A stretch of DNA of 64,000 nt from an uncultured Pseudomonadales bacterium (GCA_964653045.1 CAZZBW010000002.1:298-64297); one strand, 5' to 3'; positions 38,829 to 49,695 are shown, counted from the first letter of the stretch. Numbers and translations: made by a program. Notes: generated by a model not told the origin, from the letters alone.

Positions 38829-39101
38829 TTATTTTTTAAACTCTTTGATAAAATCTTCAAACTTAGTTGTCTTGCCTGCTTTGTAATCCTTTCGTGCTTG
38901 AGCCACGTCGCGAAGCAGTTGAGGAGAGTTTAGCTCCATCAAAATGTCTTCCAAATCTTGATAATCAGCAAACGGCATCACCACGAATACCGGCTTATTC
39001 CGGCAAGTGACAATGTAGTGTCCACCCTCTTTTTCAATTAACCGCGCCATTGCGGGCAGCTTGGTTTGAAACTCTTTAATGCCAAAAACGTTTTGTATCA
39101 T
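38829..39101 (-). CDS. Phd/YefM family antitoxin
   Basis: GIKEFQTKL...IVTCRNKPVFVVMP..DY; directly upstream of the toxin; ATG at 39101. Confidence 0.85.
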   Translation of the reverse strand: MIQNVFGIKEFQTKLPAMARLIEKEGGHYIVTCRNKPVFVVMPFADYQDLEDILMELNSPQLLRDVAQARKDYKAGKTTKFEDFIKEFKK

Positions 39102-39293
39102 AGTGCGATTAGGATACCGTAATCGTAGTACCTTGTCAAACTCTAAGTCGAAAACACTGGCATTGCTCAGTTGCGATTGACCAAGGTAAAAATCAAAAGA
39201 AGTTGAGTTTTGACTTACTTGAATTTGGTTAGGACTGGCTGATAATTGCACTTCTGCAATTATCAGCCCCAATTCTTACATTAACCTTAAATA

Positions 39294-40088
39294 TTATAAA
39301 AACCGATCTAATCCCAGGTTTTTGGAGTAAGCAAAGCTGCGGATGAAAAACCAGCCGGCCAGGGTGAGATAGAGAACATTCAGACCAAAGCTAATATAAA
39401 GATAAGTGGGATTGATGGGCGCGCCGCCCACTGCGGCGCGCATGCTCTCCAACACATACGTGGTCGGCACCAACATTGAAATTTTTTGCACGAAAAACGG
39501 TAGCCGATCCACCGGAAAATAGATGGCGCTAAACGGCAGTAAAATTCCTGGCAAAGCCCAAATAATTGTCTGGACCTTCGGCCCATGACGCAACACAATT
39601 CCAGAACCAAGTAGTCCTACCCACCAGCCAGTCATACTACACAAAAAGAAAAACGGCACTAGCCACCAACCAAGTGTAAAAGCGTTAACCGCATACAAAA
39701 TCAAAATTGCAGGAACCATTATGCCCAACGTAATTAACGTTTTGATTACTGACAATCCCAGTACAGCGGTCAGCCACTCACTAATCTTGAGAGGTGTCGA
39801 AAACAAGTTGCTGAGATTGCTGTTCCAAATCTCATCCATCAAGTTTCTGCCAACTTCAGACTGTGACCGCCAGATTATATTCCACAGGATTAAACCCATC
39901 AGAATTGCGGTGACCAAAGTTGGCGAACCACTTTCTTCAGTCAACCAACTACCAGTAATTCCCCAAGTCAAAGTGTCAATTAGTGGCCAATAGATCATGT
40001 CCGAAAGCAGATCAAAATCCCGCCGCAACGGATAGAGATGGCGCATAAACAAAGCTTTGACGCGGTGGTTAAAAATTTTATTTAGCAT
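39294..40088 (-). CDS. ABC-2 type permease
   Basis: Six TM segments, NLFSTPL, PFSAIYFP and PTTYVLESMR motifs. Confidence 0.9.
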   Translation of the reverse strand: MLNKIFNHRVKALFMRHLYPLRRDFDLLSDMIYWPLIDTLTWGITGSWLTEESGSPTLVTAILMGLILWNIIWRSQSEVGRNLMDEIWNSNLSNLFSTPLKISEWLTAVLGLSVIKTLITLGIMVPAILILYAVNAFTLGWWLVPFFFLCSMTGWWVGLLGSGIVLRHGPKVQTIIWALPGILLPFSAIYFPVDRLPFFVQKISMLVPTTYVLESMRAAVGGAPINPTYLYISFGLNVLYLTLAGWFFIRSFAYSKNLGLDRFL

Positions 40089-41031
40089 TACCACCTTCCT
40101 TTGCCTGATTGATAAAGTAATCTTCAAGTGTCGGCTTATCAATACTAATTTGGGTATACTCAATTTTGGCATCGGCCAAACAAGCCAAGAAACCAGCAAT
40201 TAACGACTCTTCAATGTTAATTACAATCTCCCGCCCGTCAATGTTGCTGGCAAAGCCCTGCTCTTTGGCAAACCGCGCTGTCCTTTTCAAACCGTCTTTG
40301 ACTATTAATCTCATTCTAGCCAGAGACACAGATTGGGCCAATTTTTCCGGTGTGTCCTCAGCCACAATTTTCCCATGCTTAAGAAAAATTACCCGATCAC
40401 ACACATTGGCGACCTCATCCATATTATGTGAAGTGTATAAAATGCTAGTACCAAACTCATGTTGCTGTTTGGTCACAAATTGGCGCACTTCGTGCGCCAT
40501 ATCCGGGTCGAGTGACGCGGTCGGCTCATCAAGCAGGACAATCTTTGGGTATGAGATGAAGGCTTTTGTCAACATCACCCTAGTGACCTGACCAGCAGAT
40601 AACTGACTCAAAGTTTTATCCCGTTGTTGCCAAACTCCAAAATATTCCAAAAAATATTTCACTCGCTTATTAAATGTTTTTTTGCTTAATCCATACAACA
40701 ACGCATAAACCCACAAGTTTTCCATCACACTCAGCCGCCAGGGCATCTTGATGTAGGTACTGGCAAAAGTCACATTTTGTAATATTTCAGTACGGAAATT
40801 TTGGAAGTTTTGGCCAAAATAATTTACATCTCCAATCGTGGGAGTCAGGTTACCGATCAACATTTGAATTGTGGTTGACTTGCCTGCTCCATTGGGACCA
40901 AGCAGTCCCAAGATCTCACCCGGCTTGAGCACAAACGAGATATGATCAACCGCAGTAAACTCCGCCTCGCCCTTTCGGCTCGGCGGATAAATCTTGGTCA
41001 GCTGGCCAACTTTCAGCACTGGTGCTTTCAT
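40078..41031 (-). CDS. ABC transporter ATP-binding protein
   Basis: GPNGAGKST, LSAGQ, LLDEPT and SH switch. Confidence 0.95.
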   Translation of the reverse strand: MKAPVLKVGQLTKIYPPSRKGEAEFTAVDHISFVLKPGEILGLLGPNGAGKSTTIQMLIGNLTPTIGDVNYFGQNFQNFRTEILQNVTFASTYIKMPWRLSVMENLWVYALLYGLSKKTFNKRVKYFLEYFGVWQQRDKTLSQLSAGQVTRVMLTKAFISYPKIVLLDEPTASLDPDMAHEVRQFVTKQQHEFGTSILYTSHNMDEVANVCDRVIFLKHGKIVAEDTPEKLAQSVSLARMRLIVKDGLKRTARFAKEQGFASNIDGREIVINIEESLIAGFLACLADAKIEYTQISIDKPTLEDYFINQAKEGGNAK

Positions 41032-41174
41032 AAACTACCCTCACCGCAGTTCTGCCCGCCTTCCCGTTTCGGTTGCAATCACTTTGGAAATTACTATAAT
41101 GATTTTACTACAGAATTACCAGATATCAATTAGAAAATTTACCTAATGTATAATTTTATTGCACATCCACAACC

Positions 41175-41513
41175 ATGATTCAAATCATAAATACTTCATC
41201 AGTAAAAACCATCTCTGACGTTTGCGGAACTATTAAAGAGCTGTATTCGAGTGAAAACATCAGTTTTTCAATCGCTGAAATTTCTGGAACATCAACTCCG
41301 CATAAACACAAACAGATGGAAGAAATATATTTCGTGTTAAGTGGCACAGGTATTATTTACATTGGTGACGACTTATTACCAATCAAACCTGGAGATCTGA
41401 TTCCTATTCCCAAAGATATTCTTCATCACATTAAAACAAACCAGAATGAAGTTCTAGAGCTAGTTGTGATCACACATCCAAAATTTGACAAAAGTGATGT
41501 AATTGAGCAGTAA
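41175..41513 (+). CDS. Cupin domain protein
   Basis: PHKH...EEIYFVLSG...PGD.IPIP...H. Confidence 0.9.
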   Translation: MIQIINTSSVKTISDVCGTIKELYSSENISFSIAEISGTSTPHKHKQMEEIYFVLSGTGIIYIGDDLLPIKPGDLIPIPKDILHHIKTNQNEVLELVVITHPKFDKSDVIEQ

Positions 41514-41516
41514 TGT

Positions 41517-42026
41517 ATGTCCCCCATTACCGTGTTCGTCCACGACAAAATGCAAAGCAACTATTGCTATACGTTGTCGAAACCGATGGGGAATAACTTT
41601 GATCCGGGTTTCAAACCGGAGCTAACGCCACTACAAATGTTGGAACTGGGGGTGTTCGGCGGCAAGTACATGAGTGATTGCCGCGACGAGTTTCCCAAAA
41701 GTTGGTTTAAAAATGCTAAACTCTGCTCTGAGTTTCACAATCCTGAACTCAACTATTTCGGTGTCAACGCCTCGCAACCTTTGTCTGTTTGGCTGAAAAA
41801 CGGCTGGATCTACGAAGAAGATCCACGCGGCTGGTTTCAGTGGTACTGCCGGTACTACATGGGGAGGAGGATTGCACATGAGGACGCGCGCCAGATTAGA
41901 AGATGGCGCGCGTATCGGAGGCACTTGAGCCAAGTGCAAAACAACTGCCGCGCCGGCGACCTCACCTGCCGGCGCAAACAACGCCAATCACTTCTTCACT
42001 GGGCTTACGACTCACGCAGGGTTTAG
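41517..42026 (+). CDS. Conserved hypothetical protein
   Basis: PELTP.QML.LGVFGGKY, DPRGWFQWYCRYY.GRR and RQSLLHWAYD pattern; higher GC than its neighbours. Confidence 0.8.
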   Translation: MSPITVFVHDKMQSNYCYTLSKPMGNNFDPGFKPELTPLQMLELGVFGGKYMSDCRDEFPKSWFKNAKLCSEFHNPELNYFGVNASQPLSVWLKNGWIYEEDPRGWFQWYCRYYMGRRIAHEDARQIRRWRAYRRHLSQVQNNCRAGDLTCRRKQRQSLLHWAYDSRRV

Positions 42027-42180
42027 AATAACACCGTCTCACCCATACTTCGACCGCTTTCTTTTGATCCCGAATTCATTACAACTCGGATTTACAAAGA
42101 GGCTATCATCCTATCAAAATAAATTTTCAACTTTTTTTTCAAAACGGTAAATTAGTATAAAAATTACTTTAAGTTTCAAT

Positions 42181-42347
42181 TAGCAAAATTTTGCTAATAT
42201 ATTCTTAGTAATAAATTGACAGTAGCGATTCCATCGGTTATCTACTAATAGATCTTCTGACCAAAGTATTTATCAAAAATACAAATTGGCACTGATGGAT
42301 TGCATTTTTCGTTTCGTAGGTTGGGAAACATTTGCAAAATTTTGCTA
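42181..42347. repeat. Paired 16-bp palindromes, copy 1 (reverse orientation)
   Basis: TAGCAAAATTTTGCTA at 42181 and TTGCAAAATTTTGCTA at 42332 (151 bp apart). Confidence 0.88.
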
Positions 42348-42421
42348 CAAGCTATTATACGAAAGATACGACAACCAGATAGTCAGAATATAGTTATAGG
42401 ACTCTATGTGACATCCAATAA

Positions 42422-43000
42422 TCAAACTTGTTTATAAAAAAGTAGACTTGAGTAGTTTTTTAGACCAAAAAGATCAATCGGACTGGTAACACACGCACGA
42501 TTAAAACCCATGGCGGTATGCCAAAGAATTGATGGGCAATTTGTTACCGGTCCAGTGGTAACTATTGAGAACAAATGTTTGATCTTAAGATTAAACAGTT
42601 CCCTTATCGATGCTTGAAAAAGCCCGGTCGCAATTCCTTTACCTTGATGTTCTTTGGCAACCACTATTTGGTGTAAAGCAATACTTTGCTCATCTTCAAA
42701 ATATGTTTGCTTAAGTTTTTGGTCAAACCAAATTATATTGTCCGCTTGTTCTGGGAAATATATTTCACGATTAATATCAATTAAACCCACTGGTTGATTG
42801 TTTTTTTCGTAAACATTGAAAATTGAGGAGTTAGTAATTCTAGCTTTGTGCTCTTTTTCAGTTTCGCTACTAATGAAAAAGCCATCATGTTGTATTTGAG
42901 TGCAATAACTTATATCATCAACTTTGCTTACGTCTAAAACAAATGCTTGCTTAAGTAACCAAAGCTTTTTTGAATCAGAAGGGAGCGCTTTTCTAATCAT
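42422..43000 (-). CDS. GNAT family acetyltransferase
   Basis: IVVAKEHQGKGIA acetyl-CoA motif and N.PS..WH..MGF; ATG at 43000. Confidence 0.85.
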   Translation of the reverse strand: MIRKALPSDSKKLWLLKQAFVLDVSKVDDISYCTQIQHDGFFISSETEKEHKARITNSSIFNVYEKNNQPVGLIDINREIYFPEQADNIIWFDQKLKQTYFEDEQSIALHQIVVAKEHQGKGIATGLFQASIRELFNLKIKHLFSIVTTGPVTNCPSILWHTAMGFNRACVTSPIDLFGLKNYSSLLFYKQV

Positions 43001-43063
43001 ACATTCGACTTGCTTGTAATGAATGAAGTTGAGGTGTTCAGTATGACACTGATACGACTTCAT

Positions 43064-43104
43064 TACATTTCTGCGCCCCGCCGCCGGCGGGGCGCAGTAA
43101 TGTA
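43064..43104. repeat. GC-rich hairpin / REP-like element
   Basis: TACATTTCTGCGCCCCGCC-GCC-GGCGGGGCGCAGTAATGTA; CTGCGCCCCGCCG recurs at 54833. Confidence 0.7.
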
Positions 43105-43122
43105 TTTCATTAAACCAAACCG

Positions 43123-44052
43123 CTATTTGATTGGCGTCCCAATTTTCCTGACTGATTTTCGTTTAAGAACTCCAGCAAGAATTACCAGCGGAATTAATAC
43201 AGCACCATATACCACTACCCAAATCATAAACTGAGCAATTACAAACAGGTTGTCTAAAACCGAGTTGTATGCTCGATCGAGCTCGTCACGAAGATCGGGA
43301 CGAGCGCTGGGATCATAAACAGATTTTGACGATGCAGCTGAAATACTCAAGGTCGCATACTCAACTTGCTCAGTTTGAGCTTCATCTTGATCCTTAACTT
43401 GTTTGATCTGCTGATCTAAACGTTGAATCTCTAATTCAATCCGGCGTCTTTCCACCTCGGTTTTGGCCTCAACCAACTCAATTTCTTTGACAGCTTTCTG
43501 ATCTTCCAAATTGGCCAGTTGAGTTTTAATTGAGTCTACTCTACCAGTCACGTCAGTTGAGCTGACTTGCTGGTTTTCAATTGAACGCACGCCCTCAACA
43601 ATTTTGGCTGTAGCTTCATCAAATTTGTCGACAGGGACTTTGGCCGTCATGTAGCCAGTTTGATACCTACCATGGCTACCAGTTTGAAAGTTCATTACCC
43701 GACCATCAATACTCAGGATGTATGCCTTGGTTTGATTAAAGTAACCAGCCACATCATCCATTACTAAACTAAACGAACCGTAAACTTCATATGCTCTTTG
43801 TTCAACCTGGAGGGCATCACCAGCATCAGGGTAGTAAGGGGGATAATAAGGCTGACTTGGGAATCCTGGAGAAGTGTAGCCAATTTTATCAACGGCTTGA
43901 ATACCTGCACCTCCTTGATTTTCTGAAACCATGTACATATCCATTGACGAGGTACTGAGTTGATTGAGACCAAAACCACTCCGCAGAAGTACTGTCAAAC
44001 CAGAAAGAATGACTACAGCTAAGCCTAATACTAGCCACTTTTTTTTGGACAT
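43123..44052 (-). CDS. DUF4349 family protein
   Basis: N-terminal TM, KVP..KF, STDVT, coiled coil, VEYATL and C-terminal TM. Confidence 0.8.
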   Translation of the reverse strand: MSKKKWLVLGLAVVILSGLTVLLRSGFGLNQLSTSSMDMYMVSENQGGAGIQAVDKIGYTSPGFPSQPYYPPYYPDAGDALQVEQRAYEVYGSFSLVMDDVAGYFNQTKAYILSIDGRVMNFQTGSHGRYQTGYMTAKVPVDKFDEATAKIVEGVRSIENQQVSSTDVTGRVDSIKTQLANLEDQKAVKEIELVEAKTEVERRRIELEIQRLDQQIKQVKDQDEAQTEQVEYATLSISAASSKSVYDPSARPDLRDELDRAYNSVLDNLFVIAQFMIWVVVYGAVLIPLVILAGVLKRKSVRKIGTPIK

Positions 44053-44058
44053 ATGAGT

Positions 44059-46269
44059 TTATCCTCCGTTGCTACCTTCTATACTATGAATATACTCCAT
44101 AATCTTTCCGGCGTTAACAGTCCGCGGCTTACTACCTTCGGCCGGTCCTACCATCCCAGCGGCGTATAACTGGTCTAAAATTCTGGCGGCGCGGTTGTAG
44201 CCCAAGGAAAAGCGGCGCTGAATCATGGATGATGAAGCTTTGTCCGAAGTGACAATTAGTTTGGCTACTTCGAGAAACAGTTCGTCTCGTTCGTCACTGC
44301 CACCTCCGCCACTGCCAAATTTGCCACCAGAAGTGACACTCGCCTCATACTTTGAGGTCACTTCCTCAAGATATTCCGGTTGTTGGCCTTGTTTTTTGAC
44401 GAACTCAATAAGACGTTTTGTTTCGTCATCAGATACAAAAGTACCCTGCAGACGAAGAGGCTTGGCTCGGTCGGGGGGAATAAACAACATGTCCCCCCGA
44501 CCGAGCAGTTTTTCCGCTCCTGGTGTATCCAAGATCACTCTAGAATCCATCATCGAAGAGACGTTGAAGGCGATTCTGGCCGGAATGTTAGCTTTAATCA
44601 AACCAGTCAAGACATCAACTGAAGGACGTTGTGTTGCCAAAAGCAAGTGAATTCCGACTGCCCGCGCCATCTGAGCAATTCTGGTAATATTTTCCTCTAC
44701 GTCAGCTGGCGCGAACAGCATCACGTCAGCCAATTCATCTACCACCACTACAATTCGGTACATGGCGGTATACCCAGCTAACTCATTGTATGCATCAATA
44801 TGCCGGACACCGGCAGCAGATAGTTTTTTGTACCGCTCCTCCATCTCGTGGGTAGTCCACTTGAGTGAAGAGACCACCTGTTTGGTCTCGACAATTACTG
44901 GAGTCAACAAATGCGGTATGTTGTTATAACCACTCAGCTCCACCCGCTTAGGATCAACCAAAATCAATCTCACTTCGTCTGGAGAAGCCCGAAACAAAAT
45001 TGAGCATAAGAAACTATTGAGTGCGACTGACTTACCTGAGCCAGTCGCACCAGCGATCAACATGTGTGGCATGCGCGAAATATCGACCGCGTATGGTCTG
45101 TTGGCAACATCAATGCCCAGCGCTACCAACAATTTTGACTGATTTTGTTGCATTTGCGGCGAGCTGAGCATTTTGCGCAGCGTTACAAATTTGGCAGTGT
45201 GATTCGGCACTTCAATACCGACTAGTGAACGTCCAGCGATTGGTGCTTCGATCCTGATTTGACCAGTCGGAGCAGCTAAGGCTAGAGCCAAATCAGTCGA
45301 TAATCCAGTAATTTTTGATAGTTTTGTACCCCTAGTAATTTCCAGCGCGTACTGGGTGACAGAAGGTCCAAAATTGACTTCTTTAACTTTCGCTTTAATG
45401 CCAAACGAATCCAGGGTAGCCTCGATCATATCGGCGTTTTGGGAAACATCGCCCCGATCAGCCTCACCGCCATCGCTTTGATCCAATAAGCTCAAAGGAG
45501 GTAATTGCCATGGCCGATTTTGACCAGTCGGGACTGAGCTATTGGCGGAAGAAATAAGTGCCCCCACCTCTTCATCTGGCTCAATTAATGGAGGAATCGT
45601 AACCTTCTTTTGAGTCTTGGTTTGTTTAATTTCTTGATCAGAGTCAGGCTCCGCATTGCCAGGATTAATGGTAAATTTCGGCTTATTAATTAGCTGGGGC
45701 ATTTTAATTCCGGGTAAACTAAATCTTTTTTTCTCGTTTTTATCTTCATTATTCATATTTGGCAAAACTGGTTGGGTTTCTTTATTAGGCTGAGCCTTAC
45801 CTTTTAGAATACCAATTAATTCAAAGAACTCCTGCAACTTCATTTGTGCCATGATTACCATGCCGACAATAATTAATGTTAGAGAAAAAACCACTGCGCC
45901 GGCTGCAGAAAGCAGCCGGCCTAAATTTTGGTTGGTTGCCAAACCAACCTCACCATTACGAAACAAACTCATCCAACCCAAGAAAATCATGATTGTGCCC
46001 AATAGTACGTTGGGTTTGGCGGCTGACCATTTAAACTGGAGAAAGATTAATCCACTGGAAATAAATATAAATGGCAAGAACATTAACGCCAAACCCAGTT
46101 TTGAGATTAGAAAACTATTAATGCTACTTAACCAAACTCCCTGACCAGAAAACGAGATTAAAACTAACAAACCAATTGAGATCAACAGCACTCCAACAAT
46201 GGTATAAAGCGTGTGAGCTTTAAGATCGAGCTTGAATGGCAGTTTCGAACGTTTCCGCCTTTTTCCCAT
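44059..46269 (-). CDS. ftsK: DNA translocase FtsK/SpoIIIE
   Basis: TM domain, PHMLIAGATGSGKS, DELAD, ATQRPS, AEKLLGRGDML and gamma domain. Confidence 0.97.
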   Translation of the reverse strand: MGKRRKRSKLPFKLDLKAHTLYTIVGVLLISIGLLVLISFSGQGVWLSSINSFLISKLGLALMFLPFIFISSGLIFLQFKWSAAKPNVLLGTIMIFLGWMSLFRNGEVGLATNQNLGRLLSAAGAVVFSLTLIIVGMVIMAQMKLQEFFELIGILKGKAQPNKETQPVLPNMNNEDKNEKKRFSLPGIKMPQLINKPKFTINPGNAEPDSDQEIKQTKTQKKVTIPPLIEPDEEVGALISSANSSVPTGQNRPWQLPPLSLLDQSDGGEADRGDVSQNADMIEATLDSFGIKAKVKEVNFGPSVTQYALEITRGTKLSKITGLSTDLALALAAPTGQIRIEAPIAGRSLVGIEVPNHTAKFVTLRKMLSSPQMQQNQSKLLVALGIDVANRPYAVDISRMPHMLIAGATGSGKSVALNSFLCSILFRASPDEVRLILVDPKRVELSGYNNIPHLLTPVIVETKQVVSSLKWTTHEMEERYKKLSAAGVRHIDAYNELAGYTAMYRIVVVVDELADVMLFAPADVEENITRIAQMARAVGIHLLLATQRPSVDVLTGLIKANIPARIAFNVSSMMDSRVILDTPGAEKLLGRGDMLFIPPDRAKPLRLQGTFVSDDETKRLIEFVKKQGQQPEYLEEVTSKYEASVTSGGKFGSGGGGSDERDELFLEVAKLIVTSDKASSSMIQRRFSLGYNRAARILDQLYAAGMVGPAEGSKPRTVNAGKIMEYIHSIEGSNGG

Positions 46270-46330
46270 ATTATAGGATATATCATACTTTCGGCTTGCG
46301 TTCAAGCAGGAGTTGGATTAAACACTTTAT

Positions 46331-47995
46331 TTACGCCTTAAAGCTCACAATGTTCGCAATTACCAATGGCTCTCTCTTGATAATTTTATACAACTTACGC
46401 ACCAATCTTTTTTCAATAGTTTGACTCAGCTCTTTGTCAGAAAGTTTTTTATTCTGTGAAATAGCCTCACGCACTGTTTGCTTGATAAACTCGATCACCT
46501 CATCAGCCTGCTGCATAAAAACAAAGCCACGGGAAATCAGCTGAATTTGGTCTAGCTTCAGCTCACCTTTGACTCTTGGCACAATTACTGCCACAATTCC
46601 TGCATCTCCGAGCTTGAGCCGATCTGACAAAACTACTGGACCCACATCCCCAATTCCCAATCCGTCAACCGTAGTAGGTCGCAGCTCAAACTTGGGACCA
46701 ATACTCGCTCCATCCTGAGTGAATACCACTGTCTCGCCACTTCTCGGTCGCAAGATTTGTTCTCCTGAATAACCCAAGGGTCGAGCAATATTTATGGCAA
46801 ATAAATACCTATGCCGATCGGCGCCGCCGATCGGCATCACCAGTTTCGGCTTCAGCAGCTCAACTACTTGTCGCTGCTCTTTCTTACTCGCATGTCCAGA
46901 ATGGTGCAAGCCCGGCTCAATACTGGGGTACAACACTCGAATATCATTGCCTGCAAGCTCATCAATCGATTGGTAGTATGGCACCTCATTGCCGGGAATC
47001 GCATCGGCGGAAAACACCACCGTGTCATCAGATTTGATTTGCAAAGCAGGATGCTCACCAAAAATTGCGCGAACGAGTGATGAGCCCTCTTGCCCTTGGC
47101 TTCCGGCAATGATTAAACACACTTGGTCATCAGGCAAAGTATCAAGATGCTTTTTATCAACAATTTGTTCTTGACGAACCTTAAGTTTACCCAGATCTCT
47201 AGCAACTCTGACATTTTGTTCAACTGATCTACCCACAAATACGACCTTCCTACCCAATTTTTGGGCCACGTCAACGGCTTGTTGAATCCGGTGAATATGC
47301 GAACTCATCAGAGTTAAAATGAACTTTCCTTTGGTATTAGCCATCAGTTTTTCAAACTCAGCCCCTATAGTCGATTCTGGTTCAGCCGGTTCATTTTTTT
47401 CCACGCGCAAACAGTCAAGCAACACACATAAGACGCCTTGGTCTCCCAATTTTGCCAAACTATCTAAATCACTTACTGCCCCATCGACAGGTTTTGGGTC
47501 AATTTTAAAATCACTCCCATGATAAATTGCCCCGACTGGTGTGGTGATTAACAGATGACGTGTATCAGGAACCGAGTGAGTCATGTTGTATGACGTAAAA
47601 CGGAAACTGGGACTCAAGCTAACTTCTTTGGTCGCTTCAATCACACGAAATTCCACCTCGCGATTCATCTCACTTACTCTTTCTTGGGCAAAACCAATCG
47701 TTAGGGGCGAACCAAAAATGGGAAACTCCGGTAGGTGCGGCAGCACATATGGCAATGCCGCGATGTGATCGTCGTGACCATGAGTTAAAATCATCCCTAC
47801 AATTTTTTTACCCGCTTCGAGTTTTTTTAACAAAGGAGTAATGTCAGGAATGAGAATGTCAATTCCTGGCATATAAGTAGTGGGAAACCCAATCCCACAA
47901 TCAACTAACAAGATTTCGTCTTCGTATTCATACAGATACATATTTTGGGTGACGTTGCCCATCCCACCAAGAGGCAGAAGTTGTAAATTTGACAT
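46331..47995 (-). CDS. rnj: Ribonuclease J
   Basis: PLGG, THGHDDH, HSVPD, DFK, GSQG and HSGH motifs. Confidence 0.95.
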   Translation of the reverse strand: MSNLQLLPLGGMGNVTQNMYLYEYEDEILLVDCGIGFPTTYMPGIDILIPDITPLLKKLEAGKKIVGMILTHGHDDHIAALPYVLPHLPEFPIFGSPLTIGFAQERVSEMNREVEFRVIEATKEVSLSPSFRFTSYNMTHSVPDTRHLLITTPVGAIYHGSDFKIDPKPVDGAVSDLDSLAKLGDQGVLCVLLDCLRVEKNEPAEPESTIGAEFEKLMANTKGKFILTLMSSHIHRIQQAVDVAQKLGRKVVFVGRSVEQNVRVARDLGKLKVRQEQIVDKKHLDTLPDDQVCLIIAGSQGQEGSSLVRAIFGEHPALQIKSDDTVVFSADAIPGNEVPYYQSIDELAGNDIRVLYPSIEPGLHHSGHASKKEQRQVVELLKPKLVMPIGGADRHRYLFAINIARPLGYSGEQILRPRSGETVVFTQDGASIGPKFELRPTTVDGLGIGDVGPVVLSDRLKLGDAGIVAVIVPRVKGELKLDQIQLISRGFVFMQQADEVIEFIKQTVREAISQNKKLSDKELSQTIEKRLVRKLYKIIKREPLVIANIVSFKA

Positions 47996-48020
47996 AATAA
48001 ACCTTTCTTAAATCATGTAA

Positions 48021-48833
48021 TTATTTTTTATTAAAAAGCTGGATATTTTCTCCCCAACGTTGATACTTGACATGGCCTACAAGTATGTCCAAAGCGCTGC
48101 TTATGCTGTAAAACTTGTAATCCAAAAAGGCAAATACAAAAGCTCCACCAAAATACGATAAGCTTGACCAGTAGAAAAGATACTCAGCACTAATGGTTGG
48201 CGAGCCAAAATAGTAACCAATCAAATGAGCGCTGAAAAATACGCCTATTCCAAGCTTGACTAATCTACTCAAGGTCAGACGTTTTTGTTGTAAAGGCTCA
48301 GAAATTAATAGAAGTAGATAAAAACCAATTCCAACCAAAAATGATCCCAGCATTGCTATCGTGAATTTAAACGGCGATAGGACGAAATCGAACGGTGCGA
48401 ATAAATTGGCTAGAGCAAGAATAGTCAGAATCAACATACCACCCATGAATAAAACCACGTGCGACAGCCATAAATGCATATATTCAGAGTCGTGAAAAAT
48501 GTCATAAAGAGGATCAAAGTTTTTCAAATGAAACGTCTTGGTTAAGGAATGCATGCTGAAAAAGGCGTAAATATAAAGGAAGATTAGGCTAAAAAGTGTG
48601 TCAGCAAAAAATACCTGTTTATCACTCAAAACTAAATCAGGGCTGGTGGTCAAGATTACAAAGAAAATAGTTTTGATCCACACAAAAACCAGTGGTGCAA
48701 ATACAAAATTATATAAAAATTGCACTAGATCAAAGTTTAAAACGTACTTTCTACCTTGAAATCGATACAAAATTAAAACGGAAAACACCACAATTACCGG
48801 GATGACAAATAAGATTAATTCTGGTTTTAACAC
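48021..48833 (-). CDS. Hypothetical integral membrane protein
   Basis: About seven hydrophobic segments; GTG start 7 nt after TGaTAAGAT. Confidence 0.75.
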   Translation of the reverse strand: MLKPELILFVIPVIVVFSVLILYRFQGRKYVLNFDLVQFLYNFVFAPLVFVWIKTIFFVILTTSPDLVLSDKQVFFADTLFSLIFLYIYAFFSMHSLTKTFHLKNFDPLYDIFHDSEYMHLWLSHVVLFMGGMLILTILALANLFAPFDFVLSPFKFTIAMLGSFLVGIGFYLLLLISEPLQQKRLTLSRLVKLGIGVFFSAHLIGYYFGSPTISAEYLFYWSSLSYFGGAFVFAFLDYKFYSISSALDILVGHVKYQRWGENIQLFNKK

Positions 48834-48858
48834 TCCGCTTATCTTATCACACCAACAA

Positions 48859-49485
48859 TTATTGAAGTGCCTCTCGCACTATCTCAATTTGGTTTTGCTT
48901 GGTTACTTCCTCTTTCACCCAGTTTAATACCGGAATAATTTTCTCAAAATCGTTGACGAACGCGGTTTTCAACTGAGTGGATCGAAGTGCCGCGGCCGGG
49001 TGGTACATAGGTAAAACATAAACTGGTTTCTCCTGCCACACCACCCGATGCACCCGGCCGTGAACTTGAGAAACTCGCGCGTCGGGAAGGAATTTTGCCA
49101 TACTAAAACGTCCCAGCGTCACAATTAGCTGCGGATCGATCAGCTCAATCTCGCGATTAAGAAATGGGCGAAAAGCAGCGATCTCTTCTGGCAGAGGATC
49201 TCTGTTGTCGGGCGGTCGGGCTTTGACAATGTTCGAGATATAAGTTTGCTCTGGTGGCAAACCAACTTCAGTCAGGGTTTTACGCAGCAACTGCCCCGAC
49301 CGCCCCACAAACGGCCGACGCTGCACATGCTCGTGGTACCCCGGCGCTTCTCCAATAAACATCACTTCGGCTCGGGCATCGCCCTCGCCATGCACAATGT
49401 CAGTTACTTTTGTCACCAACGGCAAATTAGTTAAATTTTCCTCCAACAACTCCTTCAGCTCGCTTAAGTTATCTGCCACAATCAC
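48859..49485 (-). CDS. Uracil-DNA glycosylase family 4
   Basis: FIGEAPG, PFVGRSG, RPPDNRDP and YHPAAALR motifs; Fe-S cysteines absent. Confidence 0.92.
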   Translation of the reverse strand: MIVADNLSELKELLEENLTNLPLVTKVTDIVHGEGDARAEVMFIGEAPGYHEHVQRRPFVGRSGQLLRKTLTEVGLPPEQTYISNIVKARPPDNRDPLPEEIAAFRPFLNREIELIDPQLIVTLGRFSMAKFLPDARVSQVHGRVHRVVWQEKPVYVLPMYHPAAALRSTQLKTAFVNDFEKIIPVLNWVKEEVTKQNQIEIVREALQ

Positions 49486-49529
49486 AGTTATATCTTAGCA
49501 GACATTTCCACCGTCTCTTTTTCAGCTTG

Positions 49530-49695
49530 TAGCAAAATTTTGCTAAAAGTATTGGTCTGACCGAGCAAAATATATGATAACTAAGCTCTGTTTTTTGTAG
49601 TTACTTACTATTTAAATCAGGAAAATTAACAATTGAGCGATGTGATGATCGTAATGTTGGATTGAATACTCTTATTTATTAGCAGAATTTTGCAA
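49530..49695. repeat. Paired 16-bp palindromes, copy 2
   Basis: TAGCAAAATTTTGCTA at 49530 and TAGCAGAATTTTGCAA at 49680 (150 bp apart). Confidence 0.88.

Noticed and set aside
39102-39272. Longer antitoxin ORF (147 aa)
   Set aside because: The Phd fold starts at MIQNVF; the extension covers probable promoter DNA
36480-42050. attR direct repeat of the tmRNA 3' end delimiting an island
   Set aside because: Only a weak partial match (CCGTCTCACC near 42034); the similar sequence at 63387 is on the opposite strand
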